DNA of 64,000 nucleotides from the NCBI RefSeq assembly GCF_006345805.1, contig NC_043013.1, positions 52,638,001 through 52,702,000 of the forward strand, written 5' to 3'. The first letter of the stretch is position 1; every line of letters starts with the position of its first letter. The DNA is from Octopus sinensis (Eukaryota). Made by a program: the position numbers and the translations under genes. The notes under the pieces were generated by a model, which was given only the letters and a program-made list of their open reading frames with translations, had not been told where the DNA came from and made no database searches. Shown one piece after another: positions 1 to 12,680 of this stretch.

Positions 1-151
1 TGATATAAAATATAACACACACAAATATATAAATATTACAACACACACATGTGTGTGTGTGTGTGTGTGTATGTATATTATATATATATATATACGTATA
101 TATATATATATAATATAATATATATATATGAATGGTATATATGTATATGAT

Positions 152-185
<34 letters not shown>

Positions 186-325
186 GCAATTATATATATA
201 TATATATGCATATATATATATAATATATATTATATATATACATTATACATATATACATATAGATATATATATACATATATACATATAGGATATACTATAT
301 ATATAATATGTATGTTATATATATG

Positions 326-389
<64 letters not shown>

Positions 390-1164
390 TCTGTGTATGT
401 GTGAGTACAAATATTAATTACCGATATATACATAAGGACATGTATCTTAGAGTAGAGCACATTCATTTAAGTCAGCCTGAGCACTGGTACCATATCGATG
501 TCCGAGATGTGACTATCAACATTGGCGACGGCACCATATGAACTGAGGGTAAATTGTGATGTCACTGGAAACTATTAGGAATTTCTGACACATCGAATGC
601 TTTCAAAGAGAATAACAATTTCCTTGGTTTCCTTAAATACGGTATACCCTTATATTGCATCAACTCTCCGGATACTCCTAGCAATAATGTTATCGAGCCC
701 GTAGTTGTGAAAGGCAATTTTCACGCTAGTAAATATAAACGCAGAATTAGCCTCTCACATTAGTTCATCTGTTGCACTGAGGTAATCTCCTCTGTGTGAC
801 AGCACTGGATTGCCTCGATCAACGCGGTTTGTCTTGGTCTATGTGGCAACCATAACTGGGAGCAATATTTTGGGGGACTCTGAAAAGATGTACTCCAATG
901 ACAAAGATGGTTTCCTTGTTACTTGTGAACGAACTAAGACCATTGCTGCTATCTTAATAAGATGCACATAAAATGATGCATCAGTTCTTGCGTGGATTCC
1001 AAGGTTACTCACAGATTGTGACTGCAAGATTGCCATACCCTAGTAATGTGTATTCTGAATGTTAGGGGTCTGATAGCGGCTAAACTAAGAACGCAATGTA
1101 AAAATACAATACCAATTTGTTTGGTCCTTCACAGATTCTGCTTGTTGGCCAAACAATAATATTG

Positions 1165-1310
1165 GTTCTGTATTTAAGAGATGAGGAATTATGAACATTA
1201 TTTACAATATTTACATTTGACGGATATTCGTGGCATTGATCCCAAAAGGATGATGGCTAACTTTATCTCAGATATACCATCCAGCCTTCATCAGGTGTGT
1301 TGGGGAAAAT
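1165..1310 (-). mobile_element. Probable Penelope-like terminal-repeat remnant with half a hammerhead core
   Basis: Minus strand reads ...ccaacacac-CTGATGA-aggctggatggtata, then is interrupted by a 43 bp segment (1231-1273) nearly identical to 2702-2744. No GAAA half is present. Confidence 0.4.
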
Positions 1311-1352
1311 ATTAGATTTAGAATCTTTAAAATTCACTCCATAATTGCCCAA

Positions 1353-1426
1353 GGGCATATGGCGTGGTGGTTAAGAGCGCGGGCTACTAACCCCAAGATT
1401 CCCAGTTCGATTCCAGGCAGTGCCCT
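1353..1426 (+). pseudogene. tRNA-like element (tRNA-derived SINE head or tRNA pseudogene)
   Basis: A box TGGCGTGGTGG, B box GTTCGATTCC, GGGCA.../...TGCCC acceptor-like ends and 7-nt loop CTACTAA, followed directly by (TAA)n. Confidence 0.7.
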
Positions 1427-1474
1427 GAATAATAATAATAATAATTATTATTATTATATTAATAATAATATTAT

Positions 1475-1630
1475 AGGCACAAGGCCTGGAATTTTGGTAC
1501 TTAATTTATCTACCCCGAAAGAATGAAAAGCAAAGTCGACCTTGGCGGAATTGAACTCAGAAAGCAGTGACTGGCAAAATACTGATAAGTATTTCGTCGA
1601 ACACGCTAACGATTCTGCCAGCTCGCCGCA
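1475..1630 (-). mobile_element. tRNA-derived SINE, family A
   Basis: Reverse complement of ggcgagctggcagaatcgttagc...ctgagttcaattccgccaaggtcgactttgc, a motif repeated at 2645, 5510, 12485, 14815, 22873, 32745 and 35565. Confidence 0.8.
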
Positions 1631-2037
1631 TTAAATAATAATGATAATGATAATAATAATAATAAATGCCCTGATGCAGTACCAGGCAGTGGCTCTCATG
1701 GGTTCTGATCTTAACTGATTGGAAGTGTTATCATGTACATTGTTTTGTCTTGGTATAAAAGATAGGCTACAGCAAATATTCTGCTCAATACCACAGATTT
1801 TCTTGTCAGTTGTTTGATCTTAACCAGTTGAGCATGTCCCTTAGTGGCTGACAATATGTGCATCTCTGATCACGAGCGGAAGTAGTGGGGGAGCATCATA
1901 GCCATGTGTTGAGAGGGATTTTATTGAGTTTGAATAATTCACCTCTGGAAACATGGGTGTTTCATTCAACATCCTTAAACAACCCTTATTCAGGGACCTT
2001 TTGAGCGGAACAACAACAACAACAACAACAACAACAA

Positions 2038-2497
2038 CCAGAAAAGGTCACAGAAAACGGGAAAGCAACCATACTCTGGGATATGCCGATACACACAGAT
2101 AGAGAAATTAAGGCCAACAGGCCAGATATACTTGTCAGAGTAACAATACCAGCAGATGACAACGTGACAAGAAATGGAGAAACTTTCAAAATACAAAGAC
2201 CTGGAAATAGAGGTAACTAGAATGTGGAATCTAAAAACAGAAACAATTCCTCTTATTGTAGGTGCATTAGGCATGATAAAAAAATATTCAGACAAATACA
2301 TAACAAAAACTCCAGGACTTACAAACACATATAACATATAGAAAATTGCACTACTGGGCACTGCACACATCCTACGCAGGACACTTTCCATACAATAACC
2401 ATCAGAGCATCACAACAAATCACAGCACATACCTAAGGCACACAGAGCTGCGCTCGGTAGTGAAGTGAAAGCGCGCTATAAAAATAAAACTACTGAA
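2038..2497 (+). mobile_element. 3' fragment of an R4/Dong-like non-LTR retrotransposon (restriction-like endonuclease)
   Basis: Translates, with a deletion, as PEKVTENGKATILWDMPIHTDREIKANRPDILVR...KYKDLEIEVTRMWNLKTETIPLIVGALGMIKK, an RLE PD-(D/E)xK region. Embedded between (AAC)n and (TAA)n/(TAG)n tracts. Confidence 0.8.
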
Positions 2498-2512
2498 TAA
2501 TAATAATAATAA

Positions 2513-2580
<68 letters not shown>

Positions 2581-2859
2581 ATACTGTAATAATAACAACA
2601 CTGATGATAATATAATTGTTTCACATTTTTGACACAATGCTAGCAAGTTTTGAAGGTGGAGAAGTCGCTTTTATCGTCCAAAGTACTTGACTGTTACTTT
2701 ATGGCATTGATCCCAAAAGGATGATGGCTAAATTTATCTCAGATTTTTAAAAAATTCAGAACGTAAGAAACTGGAAGATATGCCGCTAAGAATTTTGTCC
2801 GACGATCTAACAATTCTGGCAACTCACTATCAAATATAAAAATGAATCATAACGGTGAC

Positions 2860-3110
2860 AATACCAGTGATTATAGGAGTTGGAATGATCAAAAAGGGAA
2901 CTGAAAATTATCAGAGAGTGATCCTGGCTTAGCATCCATGCAGGAAGTGCAAAACATTGTCTTAACAGTTACGTCACACGTATTGGGAAAAGCATTGTAA
3001 AGGAGCAATCTGGTGAGATTCTTTTAATGGCCTATGAATGTATCCAGTGAGTTTCTTTGCCCTAGGTGTTGGGAAGATACTCGGCAAGAAATGAAAGCAA
3101 AATTGTAAGA
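2860..3110 (+). mobile_element. Second, diverged R4/Dong-like 3' end
   Basis: IPVIIG..GMIKKGTENY...MQEVQNIVLTVTSHVLGKAL* parallels the C-terminus encoded at 2245-2397. Confidence 0.6.
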
Positions 3111-4334
3111 AGATGATGATGATGATGATGGCGATTTCCTTTAGTTTCTAAGGGCGAACGATAAGGCGAACTATAGAATGACAGACATAAAGCGTGGGGG
3201 TTTACATATGAGGAAACGATATAAAGAACAAGCAAGTATATACGGTATACATAGGCATAGCATAGAAAGGTTTAAAGAAGGAAAAAATGTGGCGCGGAAG
3301 ATGATAGAGATGTGACCCTCCTGATACAGGAAGGTCGCTAGCGATAATCGAGCAACCCCAGTGTCCGAGTTTTCCCTGAAACCCCAAGTGTCAGTGCCCT
3401 CTCCAATTCCTTCTATCCGACTCACAGGTCTACAATAGCATTATGGTGATGATGATGATGTGGATGCTGCTGATAATGTTAAACACTTTCTTACCTAACA
3501 ATATGACAAACATTCACAATATGTCGGGGTTTCAGTTAGGTTTTTTTTCTTTTCTATTGAAAGGAAAGCTTTTATTTTCTCATATTTCATTCATTTCATT
3601 CATCTTCATCTCTTTCCGTCCCTTCAATCCATTTTAGCCAGTCACTCTTTCATTAATTCTCTCTGTTTCTGTTCCTTTTCCTTCGTTTTGTCATTCACAT
3701 TTTTTTCTTATTTTTCCTGTTTTATTTTGAATATTTATTTTCTTACTGTCCTGGATCTGGTAGAAGGGTCAACAACACGAATGGCTTTTATTAGACTCCC
3801 AGCCCTTCATATTATATTTCTTCATTTCCGATTTCTTTCCAAATTCTTTCACTAACTCCTTCCTCATGACTGAATCTATAGTTATTTTATATATTACTTC
3901 ATCTATTCTCCTTCTATCACACGATTAAACAACAACAAAAAACATTAACGCAATGTTATTTTTGTTTATTATTTAGTATGTCGAAATATTTATTAATGTT
4001 GTTGTTGTTTTTGTTTTTGTTGTTATATTTATTTAGATTGTTGTTATTCTTTCATAAAATCTATTTCGTTTCATTTGTATTTCACATCTTTCTCCTTTCC
4101 TTTCCGCTCCAACAAGTATATAATATTCCTTCATTATTCTGTCATTACACTTTTCTTCGCAAACGACACACAGTGAGTACGTGTGTATGCGTGTGTGTGT
4201 CTATTTATATTCATATATATGTGAGTCTATATATATTTATACATGTGTTTGTGTGCGCGAATTTATATTCATATGTGTGTGTGTATGTATGTATGTAGAG
4301 ATAGATAAACAGACAGACAGACAGACAGACAGAC

Positions 4335-4450
<116 letters not shown>

Positions 4451-4534
4451 GTTTCTATAATACACAGTTTTATCCGCAGATATACATTTACATACACTCT
4501 ACATTTAATCATCCATTTTTATATATTATATATG

Positions 4535-4588
<54 letters not shown>

Positions 4589-4784
4589 TATATATGTGTG
4601 TGTGTGTATATATATATGTATGTATATATATATATATATGTATACATATATATATATATAAATAAACGTATATATATATGTATGTGTGTGTGTGCGTTTT
4701 CAGGTATACATATCTCTCTGGATCTCCTGTCCCTCCTCTCTGTAGCTAATAAAAAATAAAAATAAAATATAATATATATATATC

Positions 4785-4828
<44 letters not shown>

Positions 4829-4917
4829 AATATATATATACATATATATATATACATATATATATGTGTATACATATATATATTATATATATATATATAA
4901 TATATATATATACACGT

Positions 4918-4972
<55 letters not shown>

Positions 4973-5456
4973 TACATATATATATATATATACATGTATA
5001 TATTTTACATATATATATATATATGTATGTATGTATGTATCCATATATATATATACATGTATATATTTTACATATATATATATATAATATACGCACACAC
5101 ATATGCATATATTTACACATGGTTTTCTTTAGTCGGTTACATCGTTCCCTATCAATGTAAACTTTCTCATCTGTTTCTTTCACTTAACTTCAGTTTTTTC
5201 TTACTTTTTCCCTCCGTATTCTATCCCCCCCCCCAAACACACACCACATTCTTCTATTTGCCGTTGCTGTCGCCGCTATTAGTGCTGGTTTCATGGCCCT
5301 GGTCCTTGTTAAATGTTACTCCTGTTTCTATTCTACTCACCAAAGTCACAAGGACAGCAACAATAAAGAAATGTATATAACAAACACAATGGAAAAGCAT
5401 AAATTACAACAACAAGAACAAGAAGGATGATGATGATAATAATAATAATAATAATA

Positions 5457-5499
<43 letters not shown>

Positions 5500-5509
5500 T
5501 TCAACTTTT

Positions 5510-5700
5510 AAAACAGGGTCAGTTATTTTGGAGGGAGGGAATAAGTCGATTATATCGACCCCAGGGTTCAACGGGTACTTATTTTATCGACTCTGGAGGG
5601 ATGAAAAGCAAAGTCGACTTCAGCAGTATTTGAACTCAGAACGTAAGGACGGACGAAATGCCGCCAAGCATTTCATCCGGCGTGCTAACGTTTCTGTTAG
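5510..5700 (-). mobile_element. SINE family A
   Basis: tcgattatatcgacccc...gatgaaaagcaaagtcgac...gaactcagaacg...ccggcgtgctaacg matches other copies. Confidence 0.75.
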
Positions 5701-6241
5701 TAATAATAAAAATAATAATGATGGCAACAACAACAACAACCACTGCAACCAGAACCGCTGCTATTCTTTTCACCTCATTCTATAACGAATAACACAGCAA
5801 CACTTTAAACAGTTACAATAAGAACAACATCATGAAGAATAAGAAGAATATTAGTTAACAGTAAAACGAAGATCAACGGATCAATTCTTTACGTACCCTG
5901 TTGTAAATGGACGGTGGAGAAAGATTGAAACTGAGCGAGAAAAGAGAGGCAGAAAGGAAACTACTGGTGGAGGAAGTGAGGAAGGAAGATAGAAAGGAAG
6001 AAGGAAGAAAGGAAGGAAGAGTAAAGAAAATTAAAGAAATTAAAGAAACAAAGTGCGCTCGTGCGTTTGTATGCGTCTGTGTACGTGTGTGTGTGTGTGT
6101 GGTGTGTGTGTGTGTGTGTGTGTGTTCGTCTGTGCGTGCGTGTGTGTGTGTGTGTGTGGTGTGTGTGTGTGTGTGTGTTGCGTCCGTTAATTAGAGTAAG
6201 CGATAATGACTGACGAAAATTAGAAAGCAAGGCAGACACAT

Positions 6242-6278
<37 letters not shown>

Positions 6279-6390
6279 TATAAGCAGAAGCACAAACATA
6301 CACACACACCTACATGTATGTATTCATGAATGTATGCGGGTTTGTATCTTTTTACGTGTGCGTAAGTATACATACATATATATACATACG

Positions 6391-6424
<34 letters not shown>

Positions 6425-6671
6425 ATATACATACACATATATATACATATATATATATATATACATATACATACATATAGATGCACACATACATATATAT
6501 ACATACATAAGTACGAATATATAATATATATATATATATATGTGTATATATATATACATACACATATATATACATATATATATATATACATATACATACA
6601 TATAGATGCACACATACATATATATACATACATAAGTACGAATATATATATATATAAGTATATATATAAAT

Positions 6672-6746
<75 letters not shown>

Positions 6747-7263
6747 AACGAAGAGAGAGATGGGGAGCGACAGGGGAGAGTAAGGTTGTGATTGACACAC
6801 GAGGGTGACACGCGACAGTGGCGGGGTGGTTGTGGGTAGGACAAAGCAGAAAGAAACGAGAATGGAATGACAAGAAAGAGATGACTGATAAAAGAGAAAG
6901 AAGCAGAGAGACATAGAGAGAGGCCGGATTTGAAAGTGCTTATACGATTAAAATTGCTTTTAAATTGCACAAAATTTGACACTCCAACACAGACAACAAG
7001 TATATATATTTGCACCCCCACCCAAATTCACGTAGACGTTCAGGATAGTTTGTTTTTTTTATTTTATAAAAATGTTAAACTTCAAATACTTTCCAGAAGA
7101 GTTTCGTCTTTCTTTTATACTTTCAAGGAAATGGTCGACAGAAACTTCGAAGTATTTTCCAAGTCGTCGTGCGACTGTTGATCGTTATGAGGCCGAAACT
7201 TGGAAGTAATTAAAACTTTTCACTCTATATATCTGTCTATCTGTTTATGTATCTATCATTCTG

Positions 7264-7341
<78 letters not shown>

Positions 7342-7394
7342 ATTCTGTGTATCTATCTATCTATCTATCCTTTTATTCTATTGTCTAATTCACT

Positions 7395-7690
7395 CATTTG
7401 GCCGCGACCACGCTGGAGCATCGCCTTGAATGTCTTTTAGTTGAAATAATCCATTCCGGCACCCATTATTTAAGCCTAGTAATGTTATTTCGGTTTTTTT
7501 GCAGAACCTCAAAGTTACGGGACCCTAAATACTCCAACACTGGTTGTCGAACGGTGATAGGGGACATAGGGGACAAACACAGCCACAAAGACAAACGCAC
7601 GCCCCCCCCCCCATATACGACGGGCTTCTTTCAGTTTCTGCCAACCGAATCCACTCACAAGTGCTTTGGTCGGCCCGTGGCACTACTGGA
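7395..7690 (-). mobile_element. SINE family C (composite, ccagcatggccgc tail)
   Basis: gcgaccacgctggagcatcgcc and cgggcttctttcagtttc...aatccactcacaa match the copies at 25500, 39400, 40415 and 45005. Confidence 0.7.
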
Positions 7691-7772
7691 AGTAGTTTCA
7701 CAGCTGATGTGATAGCGTGCAGTTTGCTAAACCGAAACACTCTACAGGGTCCAAAGAGCCGATTATGTTTAA

Positions 7773-8889
7773 CTAGCAGCATAGCCCGGCGTTGCCCGGG
7801 TATGTAAGAGCCCCTAGTAGGCAACGACTAATCCCAATCTAGTCCTTTCCCTCTAGGGAACGAAGGCGCATGTGTAGGTTGCAATGTCTTCTCTTCACTC
7901 CCAAATAACTATCAAACAGCTATCGATAATTCAACCCAACCAAGAAGAAATTACATTCGAGACTTTACCCCCAACAACACCACTTCTGCTAATAGCTTCT
8001 GCAGCCGCAAGTTATTCGATTTCTTTTTTTGTATAAACTTTCTTTATAACTATCAACCCAAACGTTTTACCTTAAATTTTTGACGTACCCTAAGGGTCCT
8101 CGGACGCTACTTGCAAACTCTTGGTTTATTATAAACCGCTTTTGTCGTGTGCACCAAAAAAACCTTTTCCATTCGTTTGTTCAGTTTGGTCACTTTTGAC
8201 ATTTTCGTTGTTGTCACTCACATTGCTGCCCGCTTTTTTGCCGTTTTTATACATTTTCATACATTTTGGGATACTTACCCCACGTGTTCGAGTTGCGTCC
8301 CCTAGACAGTCTGTGGTTTGTGTTTGATACACAAATCGGTTTGCTATGTGTGCCACATATGATTTAATTAACCGATATTTTCGAGTAATAAGGTATCCTA
8401 TTGGAATAAAAAGAGCTATATAGCTCCTTGTGAATTTAAAAAAAAATTCCTGCCAATTTGTGAAAGATATTGTCGAAAATATGTCATCTTGAATTTGAAC
8501 GCGATTTCCCAAAATGGCATGATTTTATCGATTTTTTCTGATGGTAAGGTATTGCATGGAAAACTAACGTCAGAATTAAGTTTCTTAGGGTAACATTAAG
8601 CTTCACCATGAGTTTGGTGAAAATCGATTGCAAGTTGCGAAAACTGCAACAGAAAATGTGTTGCATATAAAAAGCTTAGATTCTGGACCCCATGTCGAAT
8701 TTATCAATTTGTTTCAGAACTGGGGGAATTTTTCAAAATTTTCTCTGCGTTAGTTTTGAATTATGACAGTGGGCTATGTGTGTGTCAATTTTCATCAGAA
8801 TCTGTTGAAAGCCGTGGTCAGGGTGAGGGTACAACCTGACAGACACAGAGACATACAGACAGACAAACTGCCGTTTATATAGAGAGAGA
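7773..8889 (-). mobile_element. Non-autonomous Helitron related to the element at 56450-62548
   Basis: On the minus strand: 5' TC at 8889, 3' hairpin plus CTAG at 7773, inserted between A and T. 7773-7900 is the reverse complement of ~62421-62548, and 8290-8889 of ~56450-57107. 7918-8289 matches ~57117-57490 in direct orientation. Confidence 0.93.
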
Positions 8890-9459
8890 TCTTGTTGACA
8901 GATGCTAAGATTCGAACTCAGAACACATGAGGATTAAATCGATACCGCTTGCCATATAGCAGCACGATTTAACAACCTACATGTCCAGTCCTTTGTTGGT
9001 GGTTTATGAGTACATTTTTATCGACCCCGACTTAATTCGAAAACCAGGGGGAGGTCCCGAAAAACGACATACTGTTTTATAGGAGGTGGATAATTAGCTT
9101 TTTGTGAACAAAATACTTAATGAAACTTATGGATAAGGAGTGTATAACAGATCAAATTCAGTAGTCAAGTAAAGCCCACAGATTAAGCAGACTAATCGAT
9201 TTTATCCGCTATCCCCTGAGCAATAGTGCCGCCTACTATCTAACGAACTCCCTCAAATACAACTTATCTCGAAAACTTTCACAACACTTTGTTCGTTGAT
9301 TCTAATTCCTGGTTGAACTTTGCAAAATCTGAAGCATATTATTCTCAGGAATGAAAATTTATACAATTGTATCTCTTTTAACTCTTCAAAGTCACAATGC
9401 ATAACAACAACAGAGCAAAGCTACCATCGTGGAAATTCGCAGCTCTTGAACTGCCCTAA

Positions 9460-9521
<62 letters not shown>

Positions 9522-9647
9522 TATACATACATACATACATACATGCATACATAATATATATATTATATATATAATATATATATATTATATAATGAAGCAC
9601 GGTTTATTCGTGATCAGAGTAGTTCGAAAACGGAGGTTCTACTGTAA

Positions 9648-9678
<31 letters not shown>

Positions 9679-9713
9679 TATATATACAATATGTTACATT
9701 ACTCGGTAGTCAA

Positions 9714-9774
9714 GATAAAACTCTGAGTTTCAGATGCCGAAGTGGAAATCCACAACACCATCTCTTCGGTTACC
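9714..9774 (-). ncRNA. Type I hammerhead ribozyme motif, mutated core
   Basis: ggtaa-CCGAAGA-gatg...catc-t-GAAA-ctc a gag-TT-ttatc, with U4 changed to C. Confidence 0.6.
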
Positions 9775-10068
9775 TGGCTATTTGAAAACGTTATGAAAAA
9801 ATACCGTTAAAAATGAAGGGAAATTACTCTGTTATAACTCTGCTTTGCCTGCGTACTTATACATCGCTCGCATTTTTCGTCATAAAAATTATATAAAAAT
9901 ACATAAAAATATATAAAAATATATAAAAATATATAAAATCTTCTGGGACATAACACGGAAAGCATGTTCTATCCGTTTTTTTTAGGGGACCAAAAACGTA
10001 ACAGAATTTAGTCACATGTGGGCATGATCCGAAAAGCTCTGTCCTTGTATTTAGACATGTGGTAGGGT

Positions 10069-11110
10069 CTAAGCTGCTTTTCCAGATAAGCCTCTCTCCA
10101 TGTCGATAAACCGCACCTTCCGCTGCCGTAGTATAGGGCTTACATCTGGCCAAAATCTTCCATTGTATTTTATAATCGACCCTTTATCTCTTAAAGACCA
10201 AATATGATTGGATAATTGTGTCGCTTTTCTTTTGTTCCAGTGCCTAAAGCTCAAAGTGTGGTTATTGAACCTGGCCTTGAAATTACCCTCTGTCAGGCCC
10301 ACGTATTTCTTCGTCGAAACGGTGTCTTTAGTGGTTATAGAGTTTACGGTAGCTTCATATATGATGGTCTTGGACATGCAAGCTCCATTTAGCGGGCACA
10401 ATTCTTTATTCCTGCATGAACAGCTGTTTTCTTCTTGTGTTTTTTGTATGTTATGATTGATTATGTTTTTAAAATTGGTAGTTGAACTAAAACTAATTTT
10501 TAAATTGTGTCTATTAAAGAGTTTCCTATAAGCATGGTTAACTGGAAAATGTCTATCTATCAGTGCTAGGAAATATTTACCTATATTGAAGGCCACCTCG
10601 GGTGAGTAAACCAGATGACCTTCCTATTTCTATTATTCCTTTTCCTTATTGTTGGGCTGGTGATAGGTGTATATTTTATTTTTTCGCTAAAACCACTATC
10701 TTTTAAAGCTTTATTATAAACTGGGGCAACGCTATTGAAGATGTCCTCATTAGATGAGAGGCTAGAAATCCTCTTACTAATATTTTTAACTAAATTTTTG
10801 AATACTATAGGGGGATGGCATGAACCTACATTAATATAACTTAGTCTATCATTGGGCTTCCTATAAGGCTTATAATATTATTATTAAGATCTAAGGAAAC
10901 GTCTAAGAAATTGACAACCGTCAGGTTAGTGTCTATAGTTATACTAAGTCCGAAGTGTTTCATTAACTGGATAATATCCTTCCTAAAACGATCTTGTGCT
11001 GGTCCATTTGTATTAGCTGTTAAGGCGAGGGCATCATCTGTAGATGGCGAAATGTACGTTAGGGAATGTCTTACCGAAGGTATCTAGGAGAAAGAGTCCA
11101 ATTAGATCAC
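10069..11110 (-). pseudogene. Frameshifted PLE reverse transcriptase C-terminus plus GIY-YIG endonuclease
   Basis: Manual translation gives DDALALTANTNGPAQDRFRKDIIQLMKHFGLSITIDTNLTVVNFLDVSLDL, then YKPYRKPND after a frameshift. The ORF track gives CSCRNKELCPLNGAC..IIYEATV..KYVGLTEGNFKARFNNH..SF. Confidence 0.88.
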
Positions 11111-11162
11111 TTATATATATATATATATATATAATATATATATTATATTATTCGGTAGCCAT

Positions 11163-11220
11163 GATAAATCGGAGTTTCGGATGCCGAGGTGGAATCCACG
11201 CCGCCATCTCTTCAGTTATC
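11163..11220 (-). ncRNA. Type I hammerhead ribozyme motif
   Basis: gataa-CTGAAGA-gatg(gcggcgtggattccacctcgg)catc-c-GAAA-ctccgat-ttatc. Stem I is gataa/ttatc. A mirrored plus-strand copy at 11226-11285 has CAGAAGA. Confidence 0.7.
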
Positions 11221-11645
11221 AGCCGGATAACAGAAGAGATGGTGGCGTGGATTTCCACCTCGGCATCCGAAACTCCGACTTTATCATGGTTCCGAATAAT
11301 TGTCACATATTACATTTACACATAAATTCCTCTACTTACATAATATCGAGGTCTCTTTCATTCTTTTGTTGTCTTACATTTTTCATCAATATGTATATGT
11401 ATTTATATATATGTGTGTGTATGTAGTAGTAGTAGTAGGAGGAGGAGGAGGAGGAGGAGGAGAGGAGGAGGAGAAGCTGCAGGTGCTGGGTGTTAGTTTG
11501 ACTGTACGTGACATGTATGTGTCTGTGTGTGAGGGTGCATCTTTTGGAGAAATGTATGGATCTGAACGTATAAATTTATGAACGCCTGTATCTAGACCAA
11601 TAACTGCCTATGAGTTTGTCTATTAGTTAATCAACCAACCAATCA

Positions 11646-11693
<48 letters not shown>

Positions 11694-11747
11694 CTATCTA
11701 TCTATCTATCTATCTAGCTATCTTCTATCTATATCTATATCTATATA

Positions 11748-11809
<62 letters not shown>

Positions 11810-11810
<1 letters not shown>

Positions 11811-11995
11811 ACGGGAAAGTTTACGAAAATTAACAAAACACGAAGGCAGGTGGAGTACAAACAAGCAAATGATTAGTATAGCGCTCAGAAATAGAAAAAG
11901 TTATTTACGTTTCGAGCCTACGCTCTTCGACAGAAAGATACACAGAAAAAAAAAACAAGAAGAGAAACAAGGAGAGAAAAAATGCGTGTAGGAGC
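11810..11995 (-). mobile_element. PLE terminal-repeat fragment with minimal HHR variant (11902-11938)
   Basis: cttt-CTGTCGA-a-gagc gtag gctc-GAAA-CG-TA-aata with palindromic ACGT stem III. Same family as 47261-47400. Next to (TA)n. Confidence 0.7.
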
Positions 11996-12484
11996 TAGGA
12001 AATGAGTCACTTATTGCACGAGGTTACAGTGGTCTTTTCCTTAGGCTTTTCTTTCCACGGATAAACCTAATCTGTTTTTTTTCTTTTTTGTAATATTTTC
12101 AATATTTTCTGTGATACACGACCCCTTTCGATTGGCGGGGTTTTTTTGTGTTCACTATTCATTTTCATGGAAATTTTATTTTTCTCCTTTTTCTTTCTTC
12201 AAAAGAAAAGCTCTACATTGTATTTTGTCACCTCTGTGTTCGGCTCTGTGTGGTTAATAAAGAAACATATCTATTTAGCTATCTATCTATACACACAAAT
12301 ACACACACACACATTCACACATTCACTCACACACGCACTGTTCTCAATGTCTCAATCACAATATATTTATATTTACCGATCTCTACAGATGGAACAGCCA
12401 GAATATACTCTTACATCTTACAGAGCTGAAAATAACTACAGCGACACACAAACATATATCATATCTAATATTTCGGAAGTGTAA

Positions 12485-12680
12485 GGCTGGCAGAAGCGTA
12501 AGCACACCAGACGAAATGCTTAGCGGCATTTCGTTCGACTCTACGTTCTGAGTTCAAATTCTGTCGAATTCGACTTTGTCCTTCGTTCTTTAGGGGTCTA
12601 TAAAATTAAGGACCGGTTAAGCATTGGGATCAGGTAATCGACTTACCAGCTACCCCTAAATTACAGGCCTAGTATCTTAA
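12485..12680 (+). mobile_element. SINE family A
   Basis: ggctggcagaagcgtaagcac...cgaaatgcttagcggcatttcg...ctgagttcaaatt (B box). Confidence 0.75.

Larger units (their letters stand above)
9690..11385 (-). mobile_element. 5'-truncated Penelope-like retroelement (Neptune-like) with HHR-bearing terminal repeats
   Basis: RT/thumb remnants, Cys-rich linker and GIY-YIG domain on the minus strand. The same HHR-bearing repeat lies at 9700-9780 and, as an inverted pair, at 11147-11300. Flanked by (TA)n. Confidence 0.88.

Noticed and set aside
430-1150. Unique-looking sequence as possible exons
   Set aside because: No sustained reading frame or recognisable motif on either strand.
3135-3435. Possible L1/Tx1-like LINE 3' end on minus
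   Set aside because: Only general resemblance, with no diagnostic protein motif.
7085-7210. Possible degenerate hammerheads (minus CTGTCGA...CGAAAC; plus ttccaag/cttggaa hairpin)
   Set aside because: Stem II does not pair convincingly, and the motif is too decayed to call.
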